From IMG/VR virus record IMGVR_UViG_3300020599_000006: a stretch of DNA of 64,000 nucleotides. One strand, written 5' to 3'. The position numbers and the translations under genes were made by a program. Below the pieces are notes generated by a model, which was not told where the DNA came from, did no database searches, and saw nothing but the letters and a program-made list of their open reading frames with translations. The stretch is from an uncultured virus (IMG/VR IMGVR_UViG_3300020599_000006) (taxonomy: Duplodnaviria > Heunggongvirae > Uroviricota > Caudoviricetes). Every line of letters begins with the position of its first letter. Positions within the stretch are counted from its first letter, which is position 1. Positions 56,220-64,000 of the stretch are shown here, one piece after another.

Positions 56220-56260
56220 CGGCATAAAGGCCCAGGGTTATCCCCTGGGCCTTTATGCCG
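56220..56260. terminator. bidirectional hairpin with CGGCATA/TATGCCG flanks
   Basis: CGGCATAAAGGCCCAGGG-TTATC-CCCTGGGCCTTTATGCCG. Confidence 0.8.
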
Positions 56261-56261
56261 C

Positions 56262-56720
56262 TTAGGCAACGAGTTGCAACTGGATATCTTCAACAACCGC
56301 CATTGGTGTCCAGTCAACCTTCTTCTCGGAGAAGTGGGCATTACCGCCGACTCGCACACCCGCGTAGAACATCCAAGCACGCCAGCGGGCTACGCCCTCT
56401 GCCCTGAGCGCTCGGTAGAGGACTTGATCAGCCTCCTTACGAGTGGGGTAGTAGATGCTACCGTCGGCCTTACGGATGCCGTAACCCGAGTAAAGCCAAT
56501 CGTGGATGGTTGCCGACTTGTCGCCGTAATCGGCCAGCAGGGCGTAGAAGATGAACAGCAGGATGTTGCGCAGGCTATCGAGACTGGCGTAGTTGGTGAT
56601 GAAGGTGGCTTGTGCCTCAATCAGACCGTGAACGCTGTCCAGATAGCCCAGGGTTTTGTTCAGCTGGAATGTCCGACGATCAACCTCGGTCGTGCTCAGC
56701 TGTGTGAACGATTTAGACAT
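56262..56720 (-). CDS. DUF1353 family protein
   Basis: FITNYAS, IHDWLY, RKEAD, MFYAGVRVGG motifs. Confidence 0.8.
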   Translation of the reverse strand: MSKSFTQLSTTEVDRRTFQLNKTLGYLDSVHGLIEAQATFITNYASLDSLRNILLFIFYALLADYGDKSATIHDWLYSGYGIRKADGSIYYPTRKEADQVLYRALRAEGVARWRAWMFYAGVRVGGNAHFSEKKVDWTPMAVVEDIQLQLVA

Positions 56721-56733
56721 GGCATCTCCCTGA

Positions 56734-57363
56734 TTATTCCGTTTCCGGTGTAGTGACAGTGGGTTGTTCTGGCAGGGTTAAGGTGAAGTCCCAGGTTACG
56801 TCCAGGATGTCTTCCACCTCACCGGCTTCCAGCGCCAGGTAGAGGTCTTGTTCAGCCTTGTGCCGTCGGGCCGTCAGAGACGCAATCGCAGGGCTGTAGA
56901 TGGCGTCGTTGTTGAGGATCCTGGACACCAGATCAGCTAGGCCATTACCTACACCAACGGCGTCCCTGGCAGCTGACAGGTCGCTCAGGAAAGGCGTGAG
57001 CGGAGCATCGCCAACGCTGCCGCCAGTCACCCAATCTTGGTAGCTCTTGGCTTCCGCCAATTGCACGGGCCAAGTGGATGTTTCTGCTTGTGGATAGGTA
57101 TCGCGTAGCTGACTCACCGCCATCTCATAATCCATGTTCAGACGTTGAATCTGGCCACGGAATGCCTCGGACTTCGTGGGCGCTGCTGGAGTAGGTGCCG
57201 GTACGAAGATTGGTTGTCCATTCTCATCTGCACCCAGGGAGGAACCTGGGTTCGTTGAGAGTTGATCCAGGAGTTGGTTGTGCACCTCGTCACTGACCTC
57301 AACACAATCTTCCCAAACGGGCGTACTGGCGAATGCTTTTTGTGATGCGGAGAAGAAAGGCAT
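56734..57363 (-). CDS. tail fiber assembly-like protein
   Basis: FFSAS..AF...D.VEVS..H..LL...ADENGQP N-terminus; YP..E..TW..Q..EA motif. Confidence 0.7.
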   Translation of the reverse strand: MPFFSASQKAFASTPVWEDCVEVSDEVHNQLLDQLSTNPGSSLGADENGQPIFVPAPTPAAPTKSEAFRGQIQRLNMDYEMAVSQLRDTYPQAETSTWPVQLAEAKSYQDWVTGGSVGDAPLTPFLSDLSAARDAVGVGNGLADLVSRILNNDAIYSPAIASLTARRHKAEQDLYLALEAGEVEDILDVTWDFTLTLPEQPTVTTPETE

Positions 57364-57375
57364 GCTTACTCCCGT

Positions 57376-57894
57376 TTAGAAATAAAGGTTGTAGGTACCC
57401 GAAACTGGCAGTTGTGCAGCGAATTTGTACGTGTAAACAGTGACGTTGTAGGGACTGGCAGTGTACTGGCCGTTACGGATGATCCCAATGGAGGTTTGTC
57501 CATTCCAAGTGATCTTAGGAATATCCATCCCTGACTGATTGCCATTGAAATAGACGTCAAACCACAGACGTGCCCCAGTGCCATCAGTGGCAGCTGGTTC
57601 GCCCGTCTGCATGTTGGCAACTAACATCCCAGTGGTCAGGTACTTGTTGGACATGGCACCTATAACAGAGCTGCCGTCAGTGTTATTCTGAGCACCGTAG
57701 TAGGGGCCAGTGCCGACGAACATGAACGATTGAAGGGTGATGTTCGAGTTAAACAGCAAGTCTTTCTTCCTGAAGAACCTACGCCAGGTACCGCCGACGT
57801 TAACCCAAGCCTGCGTCGACTTTTTCCATGCCCCACCGACCCTGACCCATAAATCCACGGGGGCTTTCCATGCCCCACCGACTCGCGCTTGCAT
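57376..57894 (-). CDS. putative fiber tip / receptor-binding protein
   Basis: Three VGGxW repeats then a beta-rich C-terminal domain, directly after the fiber gene. Confidence 0.6.
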   Translation of the reverse strand: MQARVGGAWKAPVDLWVRVGGAWKKSTQAWVNVGGTWRRFFRKKDLLFNSNITLQSFMFVGTGPYYGAQNNTDGSSVIGAMSNKYLTTGMLVANMQTGEPAATDGTGARLWFDVYFNGNQSGMDIPKITWNGQTSIGIIRNGQYTASPYNVTVYTYKFAAQLPVSGTYNLYF

Positions 57895-57909
57895 GGGAGC
57901 CTCCTATCC

Positions 57910-59466
57910 TTAACTGTACTGAATCCAGATATCCCCATCCGCACCACCCGATGGTGCAGCCGTACTGATCGTGACGTTACGCGTGGCCATAGAGCCAATG
58001 CCCAGACCAGAACGAGCCGTGGCCTGATCAGTACCCCCAGTACCGCCCCGCGCTACCGGGATCGAACCACTGGTGATCTTACCGGCATCCAGATTAGGGA
58101 TATCACTTGCTGCCAGACCAGCTCCGGCGGTAACGATACCCTTGGCGTTGACTGTGACTTTTCCATAGGTACCTGCGGTTACACCGCTATTGACCAGAGT
58201 CAGGGCAGCTGACGCATTGGCAGAACCGTCAAAGCTCATACTGCCGGTGGCGTCGCCGGTGAGGCTCAGGGTTCGTGCCGTGGCCAATTTTACCGCTGCA
58301 ACAGCCGTGGCGCCACTGGCCAACTTACCCGCTAATGCGGTGTCCAACCCATTGACTTGACTGGTTTCGATGTTCGGAATATCGGCCGGTGCCAAAGCAG
58401 CCCCACCTGTGACCAAACCCTTAGCGTTTACAGTGACCTTCCCGTACGTACCCGCTGTGACACCGGAGGCTGCTAAGGTTAATACACCAGAGGCGTTTGC
58501 AGTGCCATCGAAGCTCATACTCGCAGTGCCATCACCAGTAAGGTTCAGGGTGCGAGAGGTGGCCAGCTTGGTAGCGGCTGCTGCCGTCGCAGTGGCATCG
58601 AGTTTACTCGATTGCAGCGCCGTGATCTGAGCTTGTAGTTTACCCAAAGCAGCCAGCAGAGTGTCTGTCGCAACCACAGCCGTCGAAACCGCGAAACTGA
58701 TTCCCGTCAGTACACTCCCACGAACTGTAGTGGCAAAGTCAACCCAGCTCTTTACGCCAGACCAGAATTGAGCGGAGGTCCCGGCGGCGATGGCAGGTTC
58801 TTTGGTACTATCCGCAATCGTGATGTTTGCAGTACCGTTGAATGATACACCGTTGATCGTACGGGCAGTAGCCAGTTTAGTGGCTGTGTCCGCATTACCG
58901 GCAGTCGCTGCTTTGCCAGCGAGTGCTTGAGCGATAACTTGTGCTAGCGTAAAACCTTGGAACAGTGAGGTATCAGCGGCGATACCCGTTTTGTCCAGTT
59001 TGTTGTCGAGCGATGACAGTAACGCAGCGATGGTGTCATCGTCCTCTGCCAACTTGTCGGCGATTTCCTTCAGCGTATCGAGCGCCGTAGGTGCACCGTT
59101 GACCAGCGCGGTGACAGCCTCATTGACCATTTGCTTGGTACGCACGACAGTCATGTATTTGTCGCTGGCGGTGCCGGTGGTTACATCCTGGGTGCTGGCG
59201 ATGTCGTAGTTCTGCACATTGCTCAGCCCAACGGTAGTCTTGGTGACCATCGCCACGATGTCGTTAACCGTTTTGTCTTGCAGCAGCAGTGCATTGTCCG
59301 CAGTGCCAGCTTCACTGGCTTTACCTGCCAGTGCTTGAGTAATCACTTCGTCGAGGGTCTTACCCTCCAGTTTTAACGCATTGGGGTTGACGACGACTTC
59401 GGAGACGGCCTGCCCCAGGTTGCCGATTGCCGCTAGCAGTCTTTCCAAGGAAGTGGGTTCGGGCAT
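57910..59466 (-). CDS. tail fiber protein
   Basis: APTALDTLKEIA, KLATARTI, duplicated SGVTAGTYGKVTVNAKG, PSGGADGDIWIQY motifs. Confidence 0.88.
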   Translation of the reverse strand: MPEPTSLERLLAAIGNLGQAVSEVVVNPNALKLEGKTLDEVITQALAGKASEAGTADNALLLQDKTVNDIVAMVTKTTVGLSNVQNYDIASTQDVTTGTASDKYMTVVRTKQMVNEAVTALVNGAPTALDTLKEIADKLAEDDDTIAALLSSLDNKLDKTGIAADTSLFQGFTLAQVIAQALAGKAATAGNADTATKLATARTINGVSFNGTANITIADSTKEPAIAAGTSAQFWSGVKSWVDFATTVRGSVLTGISFAVSTAVVATDTLLAALGKLQAQITALQSSKLDATATAAAATKLATSRTLNLTGDGTASMSFDGTANASGVLTLAASGVTAGTYGKVTVNAKGLVTGGAALAPADIPNIETSQVNGLDTALAGKLASGATAVAAVKLATARTLSLTGDATGSMSFDGSANASAALTLVNSGVTAGTYGKVTVNAKGIVTAGAGLAASDIPNLDAGKITSGSIPVARGGTGGTDQATARSGLGIGSMATRNVTISTAAPSGGADGDIWIQYS

Positions 59467-59555
59467 GGTTTCGTTCTCTTAAGTTAGAAGAGCCCTCCCC
59501 AGCCTAAACCAGGAAGGGCGATATTACTTGGATAACCTCATGTTACCGACGCGCT

Positions 59556-60233
59556 CTATTCGAGCGTGAAACTGACATCAGTAGTAGCACCGTTAGCAGG
59601 CAGACCTGTGTCGTCACCTGAGATGAGCCATGCAGTTACATCGGGGTCACCCAGGTACCCTATTGCTTGACTGGTTGCCAGTGTGACACCGTTAATGGTA
59701 ATCGAGGGTACATTGTACTGCTCCTGATTACCCGCCAGCAGCAAATAGAGACTGGCTATGCCACCGCTCACCGACCATGTGATGACGACCACTTCGATGC
59801 CATTGACAGTGTTGGGGGTGAGGCTACCAAAAGGTGCACCACTGACGAAGGAAGATCCAGCTGCCGCAGCATAGCCGATCATGCCGTCGCCTGGCTGAGC
59901 ACCTATCACCATGCTACCACTGTAGGCATTGTTGACAGGCGGATCTCCGCCGTCATTCGTAAGGGTGTCCACCATGTCCTGAATAGCGGCGGTCAGCTGA
60001 TCCAGGACATCCCCTACTCCAGCAGGGGTGATGAACTTATCAGTGATAGCACCTTCCGTGGACTCTTCACTGGAGGCGGTCAGATCGACCTGGGTTTTAC
60101 CTGCCAGTTTGGCAGTGTCCACCGCTTGTTCTGTTTTCCCCAGCTTATCAGCCAGCTTCCCTGCCACCGCTTGACCGAACTGCTGGAACTTCGATGCCAG
60201 TTCAGGCAGATTTATCGTCATGTTTAGCTCCAT
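59556..60233 (-). CDS. short tail fiber-related protein
   Basis: KLGKTEQA.D.AKL.GK.Q.DLTAS...DKF.TPAG module plus a distinct C-terminal domain. Confidence 0.7.
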   Translation of the reverse strand: MELNMTINLPELASKFQQFGQAVAGKLADKLGKTEQAVDTAKLAGKTQVDLTASSEESTEGAITDKFITPAGVGDVLDQLTAAIQDMVDTLTNDGGDPPVNNAYSGSMVIGAQPGDGMIGYAAAAGSSFVSGAPFGSLTPNTVNGIEVVVITWSVSGGIASLYLLLAGNQEQYNVPSITINGVTLATSQAIGYLGDPDVTAWLISGDDTGLPANGATTDVSFTLE

Positions 60234-60277
60234 GATAGCAAGAAAGGGGAGGGCTTAGCCCTCCCCGCTCTATGCCG

Positions 60278-60931
60278 TTAGGACAGCGACCCGGTGTACT
60301 TGAGTTCTACTGCCACGTTGCCGCTGGTGGGTACGGAACTGAGGTCGCTGAAGGTGAACACGATCTTGGTGTCCGTGCCGTCCAGGGTGGCAGTGACCGA
60401 TGTGCTCAGTTGACCGCCCAGTTTCAGCGATAGCCATTCGACCGCGGTCAGATCTGTTTCGTAGAACCAGATCTCGGCCGTGTTACCCAGCGACCAGGTC
60501 AGTTCGTCGACCGTGTGACTTCCCACTGCCCCAGGCGTCAGGGTACCACGGTCGTCCTTTTCGTAACCATAGGTGGCAAACCCGCCCTGCTCGCCGAAGC
60601 TCCCCGGAACCAGGGTGCCGGTCCAGGTGGTGCCACCGTCACCGCTACCAGTGATAGCAGCGATGGCATCTTCGAACGCTGTGGTCAGTTGGTCCAGGGT
60701 GTCACCCAGTCCTGCTGGTGTCACGAACTTGTCCGTGACGGTACCGGCACCGGTTTCTTCGTTGCTGGCCGTCAAGTCAGCCTGTGACTTACCGCCGAGC
60801 TTGGCAGCATCGGCCGCCTGTTCTTCCTTACCAAGCTTGTCGTTGAGCTTAGTGACGATGTTCTGACTGAATTCACCGAACTTCGTCGCCATCTCCGACA
60901 GTTTTTGCGCAATGGACATGACTTTCTCCAT
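60278..60931 (-). CDS. short tail fiber-related protein
   Basis: Same N-terminal module as 59556-60233, different C-terminal domain. Confidence 0.7.
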   Translation of the reverse strand: MEKVMSIAQKLSEMATKFGEFSQNIVTKLNDKLGKEEQAADAAKLGGKSQADLTASNEETGAGTVTDKFVTPAGLGDTLDQLTTAFEDAIAAITGSGDGGTTWTGTLVPGSFGEQGGFATYGYEKDDRGTLTPGAVGSHTVDELTWSLGNTAEIWFYETDLTAVEWLSLKLGGQLSTSVTATLDGTDTKIVFTFSDLSSVPTSGNVAVELKYTGSLS

Positions 60932-60974
60932 TTAAAACTGAGGTCAGGGACATCCCTGACCCCATGGGGGATGG

Positions 60975-63104
60975 TTAGACGGGATCGTTGTTCAGTGCAT
61001 CGATCGCATCGTTCAGCGCTTGGGTCATGGAGTCGACCACCTCTTCCAGCTCAGCGCTGGTGGCGAGGGTATCGGTCACCGACTTCAGACCCGCCGGGGT
61101 GACGAACTTGGCAGTCTCGGTACCGGTCTGAGTTTCGACATCCGATGCCGTCAGATCGGCCTGAGTCTTACCGCCCAGTTTTGCGGAATCCGCAGCCTGT
61201 TCGGTCTTACCCAGTTTCTGGCCCAGCTGGGTCACCAGGGCAGCCAGCGCGTCGTCCTGATCGGCCAGTGCATCCGCCAGCTCTTTCAGAGTGTCGTAGG
61301 CTTCCGGCGCGCCGTTGACGAGGGCGTTGATCGCATCATCCACCTTGGCCTTCAGAGCCAGCGCAGTGATGTATTTCTCGTCGTCAGTACCAGCGATTGC
61401 CTCAGCCGAGGAAGCCTTCTTGGCAATGAAGCCGTCGATGGCATCACGCAGGGTCTTCAGGGTTTCGTCGGCATCGCCACCGTCGATAAAGCGATCGACC
61501 AGTTCACTGTTCGCCGCAGCGACCGCCGTATTTACGAAGTCCTGGGTCGCCATCGTGCCCCAGCTGGGGCGCATTGACCCACCGCCGTTCGAGGCGTAGC
61601 TGCCGTAATGGTACAGCGTGACGTTGGAGACCCCGTCAGCGGAGGCATTCCCGAGGATCTGGACCTTGCGAGAGACTTCCACCCCACCTGGCAGTTTCTT
61701 CGACGGCACGATCCAAACGGTCATCACGCCGGATTCGTTGCCCGTGAGTCCGGGAATTTCCGGCCAGACCGCGCTCAGGTCGGGAATTTCACCCGTGTAG
61801 ACACCCGTGGGAATGGTAGCCCAGTTCCAGGAAATGTCCTGTACAAAGGCCCTGTACGGATCTTGGGTAAAGTCCACCAGTGCCGTGCTGGCCGGGATAT
61901 CGGACAGGATGTCGGCCTTGGCATCAGCGTAGGTCTTACCGTCGAACTTGGCGCTGTCAGCGGCCTGTTCCTGTTTACCGAGTTTACCGTCCAGGTCAGC
62001 ACGCAGGCTGCTCAGGGTGTCGGTATTCGGCGTACCGCCGCTACCTGCCAGGGTGAAGAGGTTGACCCAGGTATCGGGGCTGGTTTCCACCTCGATTAGG
62101 GCATCGAGGTTGGTGAGGTCGTAGTTCGGGTAATCACCGCGCACCATGAAGTACGGTGCTGCTGCACTGAACGCGAAGGTGTAGGTGTTACCCTGGGATA
62201 CGTTCGACCAGTTGGCACTGGTGGGGCTGGTGGCTGCCGGGTTGGCAGTGAAGCCCACGTAGTTGTTGTTCGGACCACCCGAGGTGATGCCGTCGATACG
62301 GATACGGACGCCCTGACCTTCGGTCAGACCGGTCAGGTTCCACGCCAAACCACGGACGTTGTTGTAGGTGGCGTTGAGCATCCAGTACAGCGTATCGTCA
62401 TCAGCGGGCTCGTAGCTGAAGTTCAGGCTGTCCGGGTTCGTGGCGGCGTCGTACAGGTTGACCTGATCGAGCGTCGGACGAGCCAGCCCCAGGGCCAGGT
62501 TCAGTCCGCCACCGGTACCAGGGCCGCGCAGATCGCTGGTGACGGCGTCGATGATTTCCTGCTTGGTGCTACCGCCGAGCAGCGCGGAGTCGGCTGCTTG
62601 CTCGGTCTTGCCGAGTTTGTTGTCCAGCGCCAGCGTGATGGCGGCGATGGCATCCTGGTCATTGGCCAGGGCGTCTGCCAGTTCCTTGAGGGTATCCAGC
62701 GCAGTGGGGGCGCCGTCGACCAGATCGGCGATTGCCTTGTCGGTGGCAGCCTTGAGGCTCAGTGCGGTGATGTACTTGCTGTCGTCGGTACCGGTGGTAG
62801 CGTCTTCAGCCGTGGCCTTGTTGGCGATGAAAGCATCCAGCGACCCCTTCAGGCCAGTCAGCGCTGCTGCCAGGGTCTGGGTGGTGCTGTTCCAGGTGAC
62901 GTTATACGCACCGAAGTCGTCGGTCTTCTTGGTATAGTCCGACAGATCAGTGCCAGCGGCCGCTTGATCGATGACTTCTTGCAGGGTTTTACCGGCCAGC
63001 TTCAGCGAGTCGGGAGCCTGGCGGGTGTTGATGGCGGTGTTGACCGCAGTCGAGAGCGCTGCAATGGCTTCGACCAGCGCCTGCAACTTAGTGAGATCAG
63101 ACAT
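60975..63104 (-). CDS. tail fiber protein with internal duplication
   Basis: Two GTDD.KYITAL.LKA...GAP.A.DTLKELADALA units and three KLGK.EQAADSA units. Confidence 0.85.
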   Translation of the reverse strand: MSDLTKLQALVEAIAALSTAVNTAINTRQAPDSLKLAGKTLQEVIDQAAAGTDLSDYTKKTDDFGAYNVTWNSTTQTLAAALTGLKGSLDAFIANKATAEDATTGTDDSKYITALSLKAATDKAIADLVDGAPTALDTLKELADALANDQDAIAAITLALDNKLGKTEQAADSALLGGSTKQEIIDAVTSDLRGPGTGGGLNLALGLARPTLDQVNLYDAATNPDSLNFSYEPADDDTLYWMLNATYNNVRGLAWNLTGLTEGQGVRIRIDGITSGGPNNNYVGFTANPAATSPTSANWSNVSQGNTYTFAFSAAAPYFMVRGDYPNYDLTNLDALIEVETSPDTWVNLFTLAGSGGTPNTDTLSSLRADLDGKLGKQEQAADSAKFDGKTYADAKADILSDIPASTALVDFTQDPYRAFVQDISWNWATIPTGVYTGEIPDLSAVWPEIPGLTGNESGVMTVWIVPSKKLPGGVEVSRKVQILGNASADGVSNVTLYHYGSYASNGGGSMRPSWGTMATQDFVNTAVAAANSELVDRFIDGGDADETLKTLRDAIDGFIAKKASSAEAIAGTDDEKYITALALKAKVDDAINALVNGAPEAYDTLKELADALADQDDALAALVTQLGQKLGKTEQAADSAKLGGKTQADLTASDVETQTGTETAKFVTPAGLKSVTDTLATSAELEEVVDSMTQALNDAIDALNNDPV

Positions 63105-63107
63105 GAT

Positions 63108-63581
63108 TTACTCCATGGGTTGAAATGAAGAGGCTTGTTCATTGATGGCGTCGGTCAGGGTATCCAAGATCTGATCGATGTCAGTGTTCTTGGTATACTC
63201 CGAAGCATCCAAGCCACCCAACTTGTTCGAGTCAGCCACAGTCCCATTGCGTGCTTCATCGATAACTTCTTGCTTGGAACTTCCTTCAAGTCTTCTTGAG
63301 TTTACAGCGATGTCGGAGACACCCAGTTTCTGTTGGAGGAACTGGACGATCTCTTCTTTGGTGTAGGCGCCCACTTGGGCAGCCGTCACCTGGTTGGGGT
63401 TGTTCCTTAGCGCACCGTAGACTGCCAGCACATGGTTGATGGTAGTACGGTAGGATTTCTTTCCGTTACCACCACCATCGGCACGTGTAGCAATCGTGAT
63501 CTCAATACTTTCATCACCATCAATGGTGTCCATGAGATCTAGCGCATCGATTGTTACACCATCTTGCGGGCTAATGGACAT
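63108..63581 (-). CDS. tail fiber-related protein
   Basis: NPNQVTAAQVGAYTK and DSNKLGG motifs; AGGAG RBS. Confidence 0.7.
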   Translation of the reverse strand: MSISPQDGVTIDALDLMDTIDGDESIEITIATRADGGGNGKKSYRTTINHVLAVYGALRNNPNQVTAAQVGAYTKEEIVQFLQQKLGVSDIAVNSRRLEGSSKQEVIDEARNGTVADSNKLGGLDASEYTKNTDIDQILDTLTDAINEQASSFQPME

Positions 63582-63713
63582 GGGGTTACTCCTAAAAGCA
63601 TAACCAATAGAGCTGGCCAATGCATATCATCGACTGTATTTTTTAACAGCAAACCTTATATAAGCGGCATAAAAGGATAGGGCAGTACACCCTATCCTTT
63701 AGGAAACAAAGGG

Positions 63714-64000
63714 TTACTGGACCATAACGGTGGCACCACCGGGAAGGTACAGACCATCCAAGAGGGTAACAGGGATTACTTCAGAGAGGTCGATGTCAAT
63801 GTCTTTGAAGACGACTTCCAGCTCTCCCACGAATGCGATCGACCCAGGAGCGAACTTGAGACGGTAAGTATGGGGAAACTCCGTGACAGGCTCGATGTCC
63901 TCAACGATGATATCACTTTCCACTAAGGACAGTGCATAGCGAGTGTTCAGCCGCGCCATCACCTCCAATGAATTGACGATATCCGTCCCTGGGATGTCAA
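63714..64000 (-). CDS. 3' end of a virion structural paralog (partial)
   Basis: LNTRY.L.L...DI, FAPGSIAFVG, LDGLYLP resemble the 41-50 kb family. Confidence 0.6.
   Translation of the reverse strand, partial: DIPGTDIVNSLEVMARLNTRYALSLVESDIIVEDIEPVTEFPHTYRLKFAPGSIAFVGELEVVFKDIDIDLSEVIPVTLLDGLYLPGGATVMVQ

Noticed and set aside
57910..63104. Diversity-generating retroelement or invertible fiber cassette
   Set aside because: Repeats are protein-level with synonymous divergence; no reverse transcriptase, invertase or template/variable pair was seen.
1..64000. Stop-codon reassignment
   Set aside because: Standard code gives dense, abutting genes using all three stop codons, and no suppressor tRNA was seen.

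Overview
A 64-kb segment of a large lytic phage, most consistent with a phiKZ-like (Chimalliviridae-type) jumbo phage; a near-identical copy of the Pseudomonas AmrZ DNA-binding domain points to a Pseudomonas host. About 0-30 kb is a + strand run of small accessory genes: ATP-grasp protein, SspB-like ClpX adaptor, thymidylate synthase with three related insertions, SpoT/Mesh1-like HD hydrolase, HslV-like Ntn protease, DHH phosphoesterase, a protein starting with an EF-Tu N-terminal mimic, and the AmrZ homolog. A SNF2-like helicase with a class-3-type LAGLIDADG intein lies at 30-33 kb. About 34.4-41.1 kb is an RNA-rich island: one canonical tRNA-Asn, a long-variable-arm tRNA-Thr, an array of tRNA-shaped elements with remodelled anticodon arms or acceptor stems, and several 200-350 nt structured non-coding regions, interleaved with putative head-protein genes. 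A paralogous virion structural gene cluster spans 41-50.5 kb, followed by an NAD-dependent DNA ligase, small genes and a tail-fiber module (56-64 kb). A recurring promoter-like motif (TTC-N6-ACATTAT-N5-TGA) and hairpin+TATGCCG elements are visible throughout. The best candidate for an undescribed system is the tRNA-mimic/ncRNA array at 35.5-37.2 kb. All folds and family calls were made by eye; no searches were run.
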